A stretch of DNA of 59,460 nucleotides from a bacterium (GTDB taxonomy: Bacteria > Sysuimicrobiota > Sysuimicrobiia > Sysuimicrobiales > Humicultoraceae): NCBI GenBank assembly GCA_050695215.1, contig JBOGSD010000013.1, positions 1 through 59,460 on the forward strand. The letters run 5' to 3'. The notes beneath the pieces were generated by a model. The model searched no databases. It saw nothing but the letters and a program-made list of their open reading frames with translations, and was not told the origin of the DNA. Positions 41,831 through 52,729 of this stretch are shown one piece after another. Made by a program: the position numbers and the translations under genes. Numbering within the stretch: the stretch's first letter is position 1; each line of letters opens with the position of its first letter.

Positions 41831-42681
41831 CAGCGCGGGGCCAGGGCGCGCAGGATCTCGGCCCGCGCCTCCTCGAGCGTCAGCAGATCGGTGCGCACCG
41901 GCACCCCGCGGGCGCGCAGCCGGTGCAGCACCTGGGTGGGCTGCGGCACGGCCAGGTGCAGCGCTTCCAGCTCGGCGGCGCGGGCGAAGATCTCGCGCAC
42001 CGGCCCGTCCATGACCACGCGCCCCTCCGCCAGCACGATGACGCGCTCGGCGACGCGGGCCACCTCCTCCATCGTGTGGCTGATCACAATCAGCGTGATC
42101 CCCCCGCGGGCGTGGAGATCGAGGATCAGGCGCTGCAGGTCGGCCTTGCCCTGCGGATCGAGGCCGGCCGTCGGTTCGTCCAGGATGAGGACCCGCGGCC
42201 GCATCGCCAGCACGCCGGCGAGCGCGACGCGCCGCATCTCCCCGCCGGAGAGCGTAAAAGGCGAGCGCGGACCGAAGGCGGCCGGCTCCAGGCCGACCAG
42301 GCCCAGCGCTTCCTCGACGCGCGCCGTGACCTCCTCGGGGTCGAGGCCGAGGTTGCGGGGACCGAACCCTACGTCGCGGGTGACGGTCTCTTCAAAGAGC
42401 TGCTGCTCCGCGTACTGAAAGAGGAGCGCGACCTGCTGGCGGATCTGCCGGCGGTCGGTCTTCGGGGCGAAGACATCCTGCCCGCCCACGAGCACCGCCC
42501 CCCCCGTCGGCCGGATCAGGCCGTTGAAGGTCTGCACGAGCGTGGACTTTCCCGACCCGGTGGGCCCGATGACCGCCACCCGGTCACCATCAGGGATGGT
42601 CAGGGTGACGCCCCGCAGGGCCTCCGCCTCCAGCGGCGTGCCCTGGAGATAGGTATGGTGCAGGGCGCGGATCTCGATCAT
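41830..42681 (-). CDS. ecfA2: ECF transporter ATPase EcfA2
   Basis: ATG 42681: MIEIRALHHTYLQGTPLEAEALRGVTLTI..GPTGSGKST...LSGGEMRR. Confidence 0.85.
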   Translation of the reverse strand: MIEIRALHHTYLQGTPLEAEALRGVTLTIPDGDRVAVIGPTGSGKSTLVQTFNGLIRPTGGAVLVGGQDVFAPKTDRRQIRQQVALLFQYAEQQLFEETVTRDVGFGPRNLGLDPEEVTARVEEALGLVGLEPAAFGPRSPFTLSGGEMRRVALAGVLAMRPRVLILDEPTAGLDPQGKADLQRLILDLHARGGITLIVISHTMEEVARVAERVIVLAEGRVVMDGPVREIFARAAELEALHLAVPQPTQVLHRLRARGVPVRTDLLTLEEARAEILRALAPR

Positions 42682-42685
42682 CCGT

Positions 42686-43549
42686 CTACCGCGCCGCGAC
42701 GCCGGCGAGGGCCTCGACCAGGTCGTCCGGGGTGAGGGGCCGGCCCGGCAGCGGCAACCCGCCGGCCCGCAGGCTCTGCGCCAGGGCGACCATGGGAGGG
42801 AGCTCCAGCCGCAGGTCGCGCAGCGTCGCCGCCTCCTCGAAGACCTCCCCGGCGGGCCCGTCCAGCGCCACACGGCCAGAGGCCATCGCCACGACCCGCG
42901 GGGCCAGCGCCGCCTCTTCCATGGCATGGGTGATGTGCAGGATCGTGATGCCTTCGTCGCGGTTGAGCCGCTCGATCGTGCGCAGCACCTCGGCGCGGCC
43001 CTGCGGGTCCAGCATGGCGGTCGCTTCGTCCAGGATCAGGCAGGCCGGGCGCATCGCCAGCATCCCCGCGATGGCCACCCGCTGCTTCTGCCCTCCGGAG
43101 AGCCGGTGCGGCTCGTGCGAGCGGTACTCCCACATCTCCGCGATCCGCAGCGCCTCCTCGACGCGCCGGCGGATGTCGGCGGAGGGGAGCCCGAGGTTCT
43201 CGGGACCGAAGGCGACGTCCTCTTCGACGACGGTGGCGACGAGCTGATTGTCGGGATTCTGGAAGACCATGCCGACACGCTGGCGCACCGCCCAGACCGC
43301 GTCTCTGTCGCGCGTATCCAGGCCGTCCACCAGCACCCGGCCGCCGGTGGGCTGGTGCAGCGCGTTGAGGCACTTGGCCAGCGTGGACTTGCCGGAGCCG
43401 TTGGCGCCGATGAGGGCGAGATACTCGCCGCGGCGCACCGTCAGCGTGATGCCGTCGACAGCGGTCACCGCCTGCGGCGTGCCGGCGTTGTAGGTGTACC
43501 GGAGGTCTTCGACCTGGATCAGTGGGACGGAGCCCGTCCCCCCGGGCAT
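42686..43549 (-). CDS. ecfA1: ECF transporter ATPase EcfA1
   Basis: IQVEDLRYTY...GANGSGKSTL...LSGGQKQRVAIAG. Confidence 0.85.
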   Translation of the reverse strand: MPGGTGSVPLIQVEDLRYTYNAGTPQAVTAVDGITLTVRRGEYLALIGANGSGKSTLAKCLNALHQPTGGRVLVDGLDTRDRDAVWAVRQRVGMVFQNPDNQLVATVVEEDVAFGPENLGLPSADIRRRVEEALRIAEMWEYRSHEPHRLSGGQKQRVAIAGMLAMRPACLILDEATAMLDPQGRAEVLRTIERLNRDEGITILHITHAMEEAALAPRVVAMASGRVALDGPAGEVFEEAATLRDLRLELPPMVALAQSLRAGGLPLPGRPLTPDDLVEALAGVAAR

Positions 43550-43557
43550 GCGGAAGT

Positions 43558-43917
43558 CTACGAGGAGGAGACCAGTTCGACCAGCGCCATCGGCGCACTG
43601 TCGCCGCGGCGGCGCCTCGTCTTGATCACCCGAGTGTATCCGCCCTGCCCCACCTTGTACCGCGGCGCGATTTCAGCAAACAGACGCTTGCGCGCGGCGC
43701 GGTCCAGGACCAGGCGGCCCACCTGGCGCCGCGCGTGCAGGTCACCCCGCAGGGCGAGGGAGATGAGGCCGTCGGCGATCTTCTTGGTCTCTTTGGCCTT
43801 GGCCTCGGTGGTTTCGATCCGCTCGTGTAAGATCAGCGCGCTGAGCAATTGCCGGAACAGGGCGGTCCGCGCGCCCGTGTCCCGTCCCAGTTTGCGCCCC
43901 TTCGCTCCCAGTCCCAT
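43558..43917 (-). CDS. rplQ: 50S ribosomal protein L17
   Basis: ORF sequence and position after rpoA. Confidence 0.9.
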   Translation of the reverse strand: MGLGAKGRKLGRDTGARTALFRQLLSALILHERIETTEAKAKETKKIADGLISLALRGDLHARRQVGRLVLDRAARKRLFAEIAPRYKVGQGGYTRVIKTRRRRGDSAPMALVELVSSS

Positions 43918-44888
43918 CAGCCCGCCGTCACTCCTGACTCTTTCTGGCGCAGCGTCAGTCCCAGGACGGCCAGCTTCTCCTTCACCTCGTCCAGCGACTT
44001 GCGCCCGAAGTTCTTCACGTTCACGATCTCCTCTTCCGTGCGCTGCACCAGGTCGCCGACGGTGTGGATGGAGGCGCGCTTGAGGCAGTTGTAGGGGCGG
44101 ACGGAGAGGTCCAGCTCCTCGATCGGCATCGCGTACAACCGGGAGAGTTCCCCGTCGGGGCCGCCTTCCAAGGCGCTGGGGGCCCCCTCCTCCCCGACGC
44201 CGAAGAGTTTGAAGTAGTCGATCAGGATCGTGGAGGCTTCGCGCAGCGCCTCTTCTGGCCGGATGGAACCATCCGTCCAGACCTCCAGCACCAGGCGATC
44301 GTAATCGGTCATCTGCCCCACCCGCGTGTCCTCGATCAGGAAGTTGACCTTCTGGACGGGTGAGAAGATCGAGTCTATGGGGATGACGCCGATGACGTGC
44401 TCGCTCTTGCGGTGCCGCTCCGCCGGCACGTAGCCGGTGCCGCGCTCCACGATCAGTTCCATCGCCAGGCGGGAGTCCCGGCGGTCCAGGGTGGCGATGT
44501 GCAGGTCGGGGTTGAGGATCTCCACTTCCGCGTCCGGCTGCACGTCGCCCGCGGTGGCGTCTTTCTTGCCGGAGGCCTCCAGCCGCAGCAGTTTCGGTTT
44601 GTCGCTGTGCAGTTTGAGCGTCAGTTCCTTCAGGTTGAGGATGATCTGCGTGACGTCCTCCACCACCCCGGGGACGGAACTGAACTCATGCAGCACCCCC
44701 TCGATCTTCACCGAGGTAACGGCGGCGCCAGGGATGGCGGCCAGCAGCACCCGGCGCAGGGCGTTGCCCAGCGTCACGCCGAAGCCGCGGTCAAGCGGCT
44801 CGATGACGAACTTCCCGTAGGTCTCGGACAGTTCCGCGTAGTCGACCTTGGGCTGGGACGAGGCGTCCCAAATTGCGGCAATGCTCAT
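43917..44888 (-). CDS. rpoA: DNA-directed RNA polymerase subunit alpha
   Basis: 323 aa. [23 protein letters not shown]. Confidence 0.95.
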   Translation of the reverse strand: MSIAAIWDASSQPKVDYAELSETYGKFVIEPLDRGFGVTLGNALRRVLLAAIPGAAVTSVKIEGVLHEFSSVPGVVEDVTQIILNLKELTLKLHSDKPKLLRLEASGKKDATAGDVQPDAEVEILNPDLHIATLDRRDSRLAMELIVERGTGYVPAERHRKSEHVIGVIPIDSIFSPVQKVNFLIEDTRVGQMTDYDRLVLEVWTDGSIRPEEALREASTILIDYFKLFGVGEEGAPSALEGGPDGELSRLYAMPIEELDLSVRPYNCLKRASIHTVGDLVQRTEEEIVNVKNFGRKSLDEVKEKLAVLGLTLRQKESGVTAG

Positions 44889-44905
44889 GCGTCTCCTCCT
44901 TCTAC

Positions 44906-44996
44906 TTCACCGCCGGTTCGCCATCGCGAACGCAGCGCCGACCCCCACGCATTCACCGCCGGTCCGCTATCGCGAACATGGCGGTCGCCCCCCTGA
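44906..44996 (-). repeat. Tandem pair of structured intergenic repeat units (rpsD-rpoA spacer)
   Basis: The 26-mers at 44906-44931 and 44952-44977 match 24/26 (TTCACCGCCGGTyCGCyATCGCGAAC). Same family as 51944-51989. Confidence 0.6.
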
Positions 44997-45623
44997 TTAG
45001 CGCGAGTAGTACTCGACGATCAACTGTTCTTGCACCGGCACATCGATCTCGTCCCGCCCGGGCAGGGCCAGAACGCGCCCGGTCCGGTCTGCGCCCACCT
45101 CCAGCCACGACGGCGCCGAGCGCCCGCCCGCCTCGGTCAGTTCCTTGATCCGGGCGTTGCCGCGGCCGCGTTCGGTCAGCCCGACGCTCTGGCCGGGCTT
45201 GACCTGATAGGCGGGAATGGTCAGCGCCTTCCCTTCCACGGCGATGTGGCCGTGCACGACCATCAGCCGCGCTTCCTTTCGTGAAGCGGCCACCCCCAGC
45301 CGGTAGACGACGTTGTCCAACCGCAGTTCGAGCAGCTGCAGCAGCCGCGTGCCCGTGACGCCCTTGGCGTGGGCGGCCTGCTGGAAGTAGTTCTTGAACT
45401 GGGTCTCGTAGACCCCGTAGATGCGGCGCAGCTTCTGCTTCTCGCGCAGGCGCATGCCGAACTCCGACATCTTGCGCCGCGACGGCCGGGGGCCGTGCAT
45501 CCCCGGCGGCGTCGGCCGCTTGTGCACCGGGCATTTTTCGGTGTAGCACTTCTCGCCCTTGAGGTAGAGCTTCATCCCCTCCCGGCGGCACAGCCGACAG
45601 ACCGATGCGGTGTAACGTCCCAT
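44997..45623 (-). CDS. rpsD: 30S ribosomal protein S4
   Basis: MGRYTASVCRLCRREGMKLYLKGEKC. Confidence 0.95.
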   Translation of the reverse strand: MGRYTASVCRLCRREGMKLYLKGEKCYTEKCPVHKRPTPPGMHGPRPSRRKMSEFGMRLREKQKLRRIYGVYETQFKNYFQQAAHAKGVTGTRLLQLLELRLDNVVYRLGVAASRKEARLMVVHGHIAVEGKALTIPAYQVKPGQSVGLTERGRGNARIKELTEAGGRSAPSWLEVGADRTGRVLALPGRDEIDVPVQEQLIVEYYSR

Positions 45624-45659
45624 GACGCCTCCTCTAGCCCTGCTGACGACTGGCCGTCA

Positions 45660-46046
45660 TTACACCCGGCGCCGCTTGGGCGGCCGGCATCCGTTATGCG
45701 GAATGGGCGTGACGTCCTTGATCAGGCTGACCTCCAGGCCCGCCGCCTGGAGGGAGCGGATGGCCGCTTCCCGACCGGCGCCCGGGCCCTTCACGTACAC
45801 TTCCACCGAGCGCAGCCCATGTTCCATCGCCTTGCGCGCGGCGGTCTCGGCAGCCAGGCCGGCGGCGAAGGGCGTGCCCTTCCGCGATCCCTTGAACCCG
45901 GAGGTGCCGGCCGACGACCAGGCCAGCACGTTCCCCTGCGGGTCGGCGATCGTGACGATGGTGTTGCTGAAGGTGGATTGGATGTGCGCCACCCCCGTGG
46001 GAACGTTCTTGCGTTCTTTGCGCCGTCCGCGCGGTCGCTGCGCCAC
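45660..46046 (-). CDS. rpsK: 30S ribosomal protein S11
   Basis: [30 protein letters not shown]. Confidence 0.95.
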   Translation of the reverse strand: MAQRPRGRRKERKNVPTGVAHIQSTFSNTIVTIADPQGNVLAWSSAGTSGFKGSRKGTPFAAGLAAETAARKAMEHGLRSVEVYVKGPGAGREAAIRSLQAAGLEVSLIKDVTPIPHNGCRPPKRRRV

Positions 46047-46049
46047 AGC

Positions 46050-46481
46050 TTAGGCTCCCGCCGGCCTGGGCGCGGCCGCCGCGGCGGCGGCGGCGGGGCC
46101 ACCCGTGGTCTTGGCCGCCCGGCGCACGCCGACCGTCTTCTTCGGCCCCTTGCGCGTCCGCGCGTTGGTGCGCGTGCGCTGCCCCCGCGCGGGCAGCCCC
46201 TTGCGGTGGCGCTGCCCGCGGTAACTCCCGATCTCCATCAGGCGGCGAATGTCCATCGTCACCTCGCGGCGGAGGTCGCCTTCGACCTTGTAGGATCGAT
46301 CGATGAACTCGCGCAGCCGGGTGACCTCCTCTTCGCTGAGGTTGCGCACCCGGGTCTCCGGGCTCACGCTGGTCGCCGACAGGATCTGGCGCGCCCGCCC
46401 GATGCCTACGCCGAAGATGTAGGTCAGCGCGACCTCCACCCGCTTGTCCCGCGGCAGGTCCACGCCCGCAATTCGTGCCAT
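46050..46481 (-). CDS. rpsM: 30S ribosomal protein S13 (Ala-rich C-terminal extension)
   Basis: [26 protein letters not shown]. Confidence 0.95.
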   Translation of the reverse strand: MARIAGVDLPRDKRVEVALTYIFGVGIGRARQILSATSVSPETRVRNLSEEEVTRLREFIDRSYKVEGDLRREVTMDIRRLMEIGSYRGQRHRKGLPARGQRTRTNARTRKGPKKTVGVRRAAKTTGGPAAAAAAAAPRPAGA

Positions 46482-46492
46482 CGCTCCGCCTC

Positions 46493-46606
46493 CTACCCCT
46501 GCTTCTGCTTATGCTTGGGGTTCTCGCAGATCACCAGCAGGCGCCGACCGCGCTTGACGATCTTGCACTTCTCGCACATCCGTCGTACCGAGGCTCGTAC
46601 TTTCAT
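46493..46606 (-). CDS. rpmJ: 50S ribosomal protein L36 (37 aa; below the ORF-track cutoff)
   Basis: [37 protein letters not shown]. Confidence 0.9.
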   Translation of the reverse strand: MKVRASVRRMCEKCKIVKRGRRLLVICENPKHKQKQG

Positions 46607-46626
46607 CGTGTGCTCCTACGCTCCCG

Positions 46627-46845
46627 CTACCGATAACGGTACGTGATGCGTCCCCGGGTGGGGTCGTACGGCGAGAGTTCCACCTTCACCCGGTCGCCCG
46701 GGAGGATGCGGATGAAATGGATCCGCATCTTGCCGGAGATATGCGCCAGCACTTTGTGGCCGCTGCTCAGTTCCACCCGGAACATGGCGTTGGGCAGCAC
46801 CTCGGACACGGTGCCCTCCACCTCGATCAGATCCTTCTTCGCCAT
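46627..46845 (-). CDS. infA: Translation initiation factor IF-1
   Basis: [26 protein letters not shown]. Confidence 0.95.
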   Translation of the reverse strand: MAKKDLIEVEGTVSEVLPNAMFRVELSSGHKVLAHISGKMRIHFIRILPGDRVKVELSPYDPTRGRITYRYR

Positions 46846-47204
46846 TACCCCTCCGGCGCGCCGCCGGGCGCCTCTGCATCCGGCTTGGGCCCGGCCGCGG
46901 CGCCGCCGGCCGTCCCCTCCGTCTCCGCCGCCCCGGCCGCGTCGGCCAGGGCACCCCGGATCTCCTCGTCCCGCGGCCGTTCTCCCTGGGCCAGTTTGCC
47001 GGCCAGCTGAGGGGCCGCCTCGTGCAGAATGAGGTGCTTCACGTTCTTCTTCTTGGGGCGGTCCATGCCGCGCCGCTGCCCATCGGCGACCAGCACCGTA
47101 TCTTCACCGAGGGCGGCCACGACCACGTAGCGGTCGCCCCGGTCGCGCCCGGCCTTCGAGGTGACCACCCGTCCCAACAGCGCGGCAACTGTGTCTGAGA
47201 CCAC
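46845..47204 (-). CDS. KOW-domain RNA-binding protein (L14E/L6E-like) with acidic/Ala-rich tail
   Basis: [19 protein letters not shown]. Located between map and infA. Confidence 0.6.
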   Translation of the reverse strand: MVSDTVAALLGRVVTSKAGRDRGDRYVVVAALGEDTVLVADGQRRGMDRPKKKNVKHLILHEAAPQLAGKLAQGERPRDEEIRGALADAAGAAETEGTAGGAAAGPKPDAEAPGGAPEG

Positions 47205-47216
47205 AACAATCCTTAA

Positions 47217-47987
47217 TTATATGTGCGCGGGCACGGGCAGTCCAGTCAGAACCTCCGCCCCCTCCGCACCGACGGCCACCGTGTGCTCCGCGTGCGCCGA
47301 GCGGCTCCGGTCGCGCGTGCGCACCGTCCAGCCGTCGTCGTCGAGCGTGACCTCGAAGCCACCGGCGTTCACCATCGGCTCGATGGCCAGCGTCATCCCC
47401 ATCCGCAGCGGCACGCCCTCCCCCGGCGCCCCGAAGTTGGGCAGTTCCGGCCCCTCGTGCAGCGCGCGACCGACACCATGCCCGGCGAGATCGCGCACCA
47501 CGGAGAACCCCGCGCGTTCGACGACCTCCTGCACGGCGTGGCCGATATCGCCGCTGGCGCGGCCGGGGCGCGCCTGGGCGATGCCCGCGGTCAAGGCGTC
47601 TTCCGCCGCGGCCAGCAGCCGGCGTGTCGCCGCGTCCACCTCGCCTACCGGCACCGTGCGCGCGACGTCGACGTGGAAGCCCTCCAGGTAGACGCCCAGG
47701 TCGAGCGACACGATGGACCCCGCCCGCAGCCGCCGCGGCCCGGGGATGCCGTGCACCACCTCGTCATCCACCGAGACGCAGATGGAGGCGGGGAAGCCGC
47801 GATACCCCTGGAACGACGGCGCCGCCCCGTGATCGCGGATGAAGGTGTCCGCGCGCCGGTCCAGAGCCGCCGTCGTCACGCCGGGCGCTACGGCCTCGAG
47901 CACCGCCGCCAGCGCCCGGGCGGCCAGCGTGCCGGCGCGGCGCATCCGCGCGATCTCCTCCGGGGTCTTGATCACGATCGGGCTCAT
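47217..47987 (-). CDS. map: Type I methionine aminopeptidase
   Basis: IKTPEEIARMRRAG...metal ligands D..D..H..E..E. Confidence 0.9.
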   Translation of the reverse strand: MSPIVIKTPEEIARMRRAGTLAARALAAVLEAVAPGVTTAALDRRADTFIRDHGAAPSFQGYRGFPASICVSVDDEVVHGIPGPRRLRAGSIVSLDLGVYLEGFHVDVARTVPVGEVDAATRRLLAAAEDALTAGIAQARPGRASGDIGHAVQEVVERAGFSVVRDLAGHGVGRALHEGPELPNFGAPGEGVPLRMGMTLAIEPMVNAGGFEVTLDDDGWTVRTRDRSRSAHAEHTVAVGAEGAEVLTGLPVPAHI

Positions 47988-48631
47988 GCCGCCGCCAGCG
48001 CCTCCGCCAGCCTGGCGTAGACCGTCTCCTCATCGCCCGCCGCGTCGAGCGGGGTCAAGACCCCCCGCGCGCGATAGAAGGCCAGCACCGCAGGGATCTC
48101 CCGGCGGTAGACTTCCAGCCGCCGGCGGATCACGTCGGGCTGATCGTCGTCCCGCTGGCGCAACGGGGTGCCGTCGCGATCGCAGATCCCCTCCTGCCGG
48201 GGCGGCGCGAACTCCACGTGATAGATGTGGCCCGCCGCCGTGCACACCCGCCGGCCGGTCAAACGCCGGATGACCGTGTCCTCGTCGATCCGGAATTCCA
48301 CGGCTCGGTCGATGGCCCGCGCCATGGTCTCGAGCAGGCGCTCCAGCGCCTGAGCCTGGTGCAGCGTGCGCGGAAACCCGTCGAGGGTGAACCCCTGGCG
48401 GGCGTCGGCCCGGTCCAGCCGCTCCTGGATCAACCCGATCATGACGGCATCGGGCACCAGGTCGCCGGCGTCCATGTAGCGGCGCGCCTCACGCCCCAAG
48501 GCCGTCCCCGCGGCCACCGCCTCGCGCAGGATGTCGCCCGTGGAGATCTGCGGGAAGCCGCGCCGGGCGGCCAGCAGCCGCGCCTGGGTGCCCTTTCCTC
48601 CCCCCGGTGGACCGAAGAAGATCAGGTTCAT
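47984..48631 (-). CDS. adk: Adenylate kinase
   Basis: MNLIFFGPPGGGKGTQA. Confidence 0.95.
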   Translation of the reverse strand: MNLIFFGPPGGGKGTQARLLAARRGFPQISTGDILREAVAAGTALGREARRYMDAGDLVPDAVMIGLIQERLDRADARQGFTLDGFPRTLHQAQALERLLETMARAIDRAVEFRIDEDTVIRRLTGRRVCTAAGHIYHVEFAPPRQEGICDRDGTPLRQRDDDQPDVIRRRLEVYRREIPAVLAFYRARGVLTPLDAAGDEETVYARLAEALAAA

Positions 48632-49906
48632 TCACCGCATGAAGCCTTCGTAATGGCGCATCAAGACGTAGGCCTCGATCTGCTTCATCGTCTCGAGGGC
48701 CACGCCCACGACGATCAGCAGGGAGGTGCCCGCCAGGTAGAAGGTGAGGGCTCCCCCGCCGCGGGAGAGATAGACCGGCAGCACCGCGATCGCCGCCAGG
48801 ATGAGGGCGCCGACGAAGGTCAGCCGCTCCGTCACCCGCATCAGGTACTCGGTGGTCGGGCGGCCTGGCCGGATCCCGGGGATGAAGCCGCCGTACTTCT
48901 TGATGTTGTTGGCCACGTCGTTGGGGTCGAAGGAGACCGCGGTGTAGAAATACGTGAACATGATGATCAGGATGAAGTAGAGCGCGTCGCCGAAGGGCTG
49001 GCCGGGTTGGACCCTCCCCGCGTAGCGGCGCAGCCATTCCGCCGTCGTGAACTGGGCGATGGTCTGCGGAAACTGCAGCACGGAGATGGCGAAGATGATC
49101 GGGATGACCCCGGCCTGGATCAGCCGCATCGGCAGGTGCGTGGACTGCCCGCCGTAGACCCGGCGCCCCACCACCCGTTTGGCGTACTGCACCGGAATCT
49201 TCCGCACGGCCTGGGTGATGGCCACCACCCCGACGATGCTGCCGACGACGATGACGACGTCCAGCAGGAAGGCCCACCAGGCCAACTCACCCACGCGCAC
49301 CAGCGTGATCGTGCGGTAGATCTGGTCGGGGAGGCGGGCGACGATGCCGCCGAAGATGATCAGCGAGACCCCGTTGCCCACCCCGTATTCGGTCATGATC
49401 TCGCCCATCCAGGTCAGCAGCATCGTCCCGGCCACCAGCGTGATGACGATGATCCCCAGGGTGATCGGCCGCCCATCGGGGATGGCGCCCTGGCTGCGGA
49501 TGAGGTACATCTGGCCGACCCCCTGCAGGATCGCCAGGACGACGGTGAGATAGCGCGTGTATTGACCGATCCGGCGCCGCCCCGCCTCGCCTTCCTCCGT
49601 GGCCATCTCTTTCAGGCGGGGGAAGACCACCTGCAGCAGGCTGAAGATGATCGACGCCGTGATGTAGGGGAAGACGCCGAGGGCGAAGAGCGCGAAGTTG
49701 GAGAGCGCGCCCCCGACGAACAGGTCGAAGAAGGAGAACAGGCTGCCGGGCTGGCGGAACAACTGCTCCAGCACGCTCACGTCCACTCCGGGGACCGGCA
49801 GGTGGGCGCCCAGCCGGTAGAGGACCAGCATCCCCGCGGTAAAGAGCACCCGGCGCCGCAGGTCGGGGATGCGCAGGGGGTTGGACAGGGAACGCACCTG
49901 CATCAT
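48632..49906 (-). CDS. secY: Preprotein translocase subunit SecY
   Basis: 424 aa, polytopic, at the canonical position. Confidence 0.95.
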   Translation of the reverse strand: MMQVRSLSNPLRIPDLRRRVLFTAGMLVLYRLGAHLPVPGVDVSVLEQLFRQPGSLFSFFDLFVGGALSNFALFALGVFPYITASIIFSLLQVVFPRLKEMATEEGEAGRRRIGQYTRYLTVVLAILQGVGQMYLIRSQGAIPDGRPITLGIIVITLVAGTMLLTWMGEIMTEYGVGNGVSLIIFGGIVARLPDQIYRTITLVRVGELAWWAFLLDVVIVVGSIVGVVAITQAVRKIPVQYAKRVVGRRVYGGQSTHLPMRLIQAGVIPIIFAISVLQFPQTIAQFTTAEWLRRYAGRVQPGQPFGDALYFILIIMFTYFYTAVSFDPNDVANNIKKYGGFIPGIRPGRPTTEYLMRVTERLTFVGALILAAIAVLPVYLSRGGGALTFYLAGTSLLIVVGVALETMKQIEAYVLMRHYEGFMR

Positions 49907-50394
49907 GGCAGCACGTCCGCCTTTCCGCCTGCGGCCTCGATGGCGGCCTTCGCGCCTTTCGTGAAGCCGTGCGCCTTCACCGTCAGCGCCACGCCGAGTG
50001 CGCCCCCGCCCAGGACTTTCACCCGTCCCCGGCCAACCAGGCCGGCGCCGCGGAGCGTGGCCGGGGTCACCTCCGTCCCCGCGGGGAAGCGGGCCAGCCG
50101 CCGGATCGTGACCTCTTCCGGGCGGCGGCGCGGCGGGCCACCGGTCATGACGCTGCCGGCCCCACGCACGCCCCGGCGGTAGGGCAACCGCTTCTCCAAC
50201 CGGGTCTGCCCGCCCTCAAAGCCCGGACGGGGCGCACCCCCCGCCCGCGCTTTCTGGCCCTTGCGCCCCCGCCCGGCGTAGACGCCGGAGCCGGAGCCCA
50301 GGCCCCGCCCCACGCGGCGGCCGGGACGGCGCGCGCCGCGGGCGGCGCGCACGGAAGTCGTCGTCATCAATCTTCGTCCGTCGGTCGCTGCCAT
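49903..50394 (-). CDS. rplO: 50S ribosomal protein L15 (start may be ATG 50367)
   Basis: [27 protein letters not shown]. Confidence 0.9.
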   Translation of the reverse strand: MAATDGRRLMTTTSVRAARGARRPGRRVGRGLGSGSGVYAGRGRKGQKARAGGAPRPGFEGGQTRLEKRLPYRRGVRGAGSVMTGGPPRRRPEEVTIRRLARFPAGTEVTPATLRGAGLVGRGRVKVLGGGALGVALTVKAHGFTKGAKAAIEAAGGKADVLP

Positions 50395-50405
50395 CCGCTC
50401 CCTCG

Positions 50406-50966
50406 TTATCTGGCGCCGCGCGCCCGGCGCCGCCCGATCAGTTCCTCCACCGACTTGCCGCGGATCGCCGCGACCTCTTCCGGCCGCCGCAGTTCCTGCA
50501 GGCCGGTGGCGGTGGCCCGCGCCTGGTTGATCGGATTGTTGCTGCCCAGCGATTTGGTGAGGATGTCCTTGATGCCGGCCGCTTCCAGCACGGCGCGCAC
50601 CGGCCCGCCGGCGATGACCCCGGTGCCCTCAGAGGCGGGGCGCAGCAGCACCCGCGCCGCCCCGAACCGCCCGATGATCTCATGGGGGATGGTCCCGCCC
50701 GCGCGCGGCACCCAGAAGACCTGCTTCTTGGCGTCCTCGACGCCTTTGCGGATGGCGTCGGGGACCTCCGATGCCTTGCCCAGCCCCACGCCCGCGTAGC
50801 CGGCCTGGTCGCCGATGACGACCAGCGCGCTGAATTTGAAGCGCTTCGCGCCCTTGGTCACCTTGGCGACGCGGTTGATCCAGATCGCCTTTTCCACGGT
50901 CAGATTCAGCGCGTCCGCGTCGATCCGTCCGCTGCCCCTGCCTCCGTTCCTCGCCATCGCCACCAC
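50406..50966 (-). CDS. rpsE: 30S ribosomal protein S5
   Basis: [21 protein letters not shown]. Confidence 0.95.
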   Translation of the reverse strand: MVAMARNGGRGSGRIDADALNLTVEKAIWINRVAKVTKGAKRFKFSALVVIGDQAGYAGVGLGKASEVPDAIRKGVEDAKKQVFWVPRAGGTIPHEIIGRFGAARVLLRPASEGTGVIAGGPVRAVLEAAGIKDILTKSLGSNNPINQARATATGLQELRRPEEVAAIRGKSVEELIGRRRARGAR

Positions 50967-50977
50967 TGCGAACCTCC

Positions 50978-51346
50978 TTAGAATTCCAGCCCGCCTTCGC
51001 GGGCGCCGTCGGCCAGGGCCTTCACCCGGCCGTGATACGCATACCCCCCGCGGTCGAAGACCACACGCGTGATCCCCTTGGCCGCCGCCCGCTGCGCCAG
51101 CAGCCCACCGACGATCTTGCTGGCTTCGCTCTTGCGCTTGCCCTTGAGGCTGTCACGCACTTCCGCGTCCAGCGTCGAGGCCGCCGCCAGCGTCTGGCCC
51201 CTGCCGTCGTCGACGATCTGCGCGTAGATGTGCGTGAGGCTGCGAAAAACCGCCAGCCGCGGCCGGTCCGCGCCGCCGATCATCCGCCGCCGCAGCCGCA
51301 GATGGCGCCGCTGGCGCAGGGTGTTTCGATCCGCTCGCTTCAACAT
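50978..51346 (-). CDS. rplR: 50S ribosomal protein L18
   Basis: [20 protein letters not shown]. Confidence 0.95.
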   Translation of the reverse strand: MLKRADRNTLRQRRHLRLRRRMIGGADRPRLAVFRSLTHIYAQIVDDGRGQTLAAASTLDAEVRDSLKGKRKSEASKIVGGLLAQRAAAKGITRVVFDRGGYAYHGRVKALADGAREGGLEF

Positions 51347-51373
51347 CGCCGCTCCCTCACCCGCCCGCCGATC

Positions 51374-51931
51374 TCAGGCCTTGCCGGTGACGGTGGCCCG
51401 GCCGGCCTTGCCCGGCTTTAACTTGATCCGCTCGCCGGCGTAGCGGATCCCCTTGCCCTTGTAGGGATCGGGCCCGCGCACCGCCCGGATCCGCGCCGCC
51501 ACCTGGCCCACCAGCTCCCGGTCGATCCCGGTGACGGCGATCCGGTTGGGCGCCGGCACCTCGAAGGCGATCCCCTCGGGGGCGGCGATCTCCACCGGAT
51601 GAGAGTAGCCCACCGTCAGCACCAGGGCGGTACCCGCTTTGGCGGCGCGGTACCCCACGCCCTGGATCTCCAGTTCCGTGCGGTAGCCGGCGGTGACGCC
51701 GCGCACCATGTTCGCCAGGAGGGCCCGGCTCAGCCCGTGCAGGGCGCGGTGCTGCCGCTGATCGGTGGCCCGTTCCACGAGGACGGTCCCATCGGCGACG
51801 CGGATGGCCATCTCCGGATGAAAGGTGCGCTCCAGCCGCCCCTTCGGCCCCTGCACCGAAACGCGGGACCCGTCCACCTTCACCTCCACGCCCGCCGGGA
51901 TGGCGACGGGCGCCTTGCCGATGCGTGACAT
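51374..51931 (-). CDS. rplF: 50S ribosomal protein L6
   Basis: [21 protein letters not shown]. Confidence 0.95.
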   Translation of the reverse strand: MSRIGKAPVAIPAGVEVKVDGSRVSVQGPKGRLERTFHPEMAIRVADGTVLVERATDQRQHRALHGLSRALLANMVRGVTAGYRTELEIQGVGYRAAKAGTALVLTVGYSHPVEIAAPEGIAFEVPAPNRIAVTGIDRELVGQVAARIRAVRGPDPYKGKGIRYAGERIKLKPGKAGRATVTGKA

Positions 51932-51943
51932 GCTCTCCTCCTG

Positions 51944-51989
51944 TTTACCGCCAGTTCGCTACCGCGAACCTGGCGGTCACCCCCACTGA
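51944..51989 (-). repeat. Structured intergenic repeat unit (rpsH-rplF spacer)
   Basis: Plus strand ACCGCCAGTTCGC-TACC-GCGAACCTGGCGGT: a 13-bp stem with one bulge, followed by CACCCCCACTGA. Confidence 0.6.
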
Positions 51990-51999
51990 CAACCCCCTC

Positions 52000-52404
52000 C
52001 TACCAGATGTAGGCGAGGATCTCGCCCCCGACGCCCTGGCGGCGGGCCTGGCGGTCGGTCATCACCCCGCGCGACGTGGAGACGATGACCACGCCCAGGC
52101 CGCCCCGCACCCGCGGGATCTCCGTCCGCCGGCTGTAGATGCGCAGCCCCGGCCGGCTCACCCGCCGGATGCCCGTGAGGATCGGCTCGCGCCGGGCGCC
52201 GTAGCGCAGCGTAATCAGCAGGGCTCCCTGCGGACGTTCATCCAGCCGCTTGAACTCGGTGATGAACCCTTCCTCTTTGAGAATGCGCGCGATCTCCGCC
52301 TTCAGGCGGCTCCCCGGGATCTTCACCGTATCGTGCCGTGCCGCGCTGGCGTTGCGGATGCGCGTGAGCATGTCCGCCACGCTGTCTGTGATCACTCCGC
52401 CCAT
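52000..52404 (-). CDS. rpsH: 30S ribosomal protein S8
   Basis: TDSVADMLTRIRNA. Confidence 0.95.
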   Translation of the reverse strand: MGGVITDSVADMLTRIRNASAARHDTVKIPGSRLKAEIARILKEEGFITEFKRLDERPQGALLITLRYGARREPILTGIRRVSRPGLRIYSRRTEIPRVRGGLGVVIVSTSRGVMTDRQARRQGVGGEILAYIW

Positions 52405-52416
52405 GATGCCCTCCTC

Positions 52417-52466
52417 AGCCTCACCCCACGCGGTCGTACCGCGTGGGAACCCCGAACCCCCACTGA
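52417..52466 (-). repeat. Structured intergenic element (rpsN-rpsH spacer)
   Basis: AGCCTCACC, then CCCACGCGG-TCGTA-CCGCGTGGG (9-bp stem), then AACCCCGAACCCCCACTGA. Confidence 0.55.
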
Positions 52467-52471
52467 TGCAC

Positions 52472-52657
52472 TCACCAGCTGGCCTTAACGACGCCGGGGA
52501 TCTCGCCCCGGTGGGCCAGTTCGCGCAGGCAAATGCGGCAGAGCCCGAACCGGCGGAAGACCGCCCGCGGCCGGCCGCAGCGCAGGCAGCGCGTGTAGGC
52601 CCGCACCTTGAACTTGGGCTTGCGTTCCCACTTTTCCAGCAGCGCCTTCTTCGCCAT
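52472..52657 (-). CDS. rpsN: 30S ribosomal protein S14, type Z (zinc ribbon, 61 aa)
   Basis: [49 protein letters not shown] 52657 follows AAAGGAGGA. Confidence 0.9.
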   Translation of the reverse strand: MAKKALLEKWERKPKFKVRAYTRCLRCGRPRAVFRRFGLCRICLRELAHRGEIPGVVKASW

Positions 52658-52670
52658 GCGTCCTCCTTTA

Positions 52671-52728
52671 AGCCTCACCCCACGAGGCGCCGCTCCGCGC
52701 GCTCGTGGGGACCCCGCACCCCAACTGA
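52671..52728 (-). repeat. Structured intergenic element (rplE-rpsN spacer)
   Basis: AGCCTCACC, then CCCCACGAG-(15 nt)-CTCGTGGGG (9-bp stem), then ACCCCGCACCCCAACTGA. The flanks match 52417-52466. Confidence 0.55.
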
Positions 52729-52729
52729 C

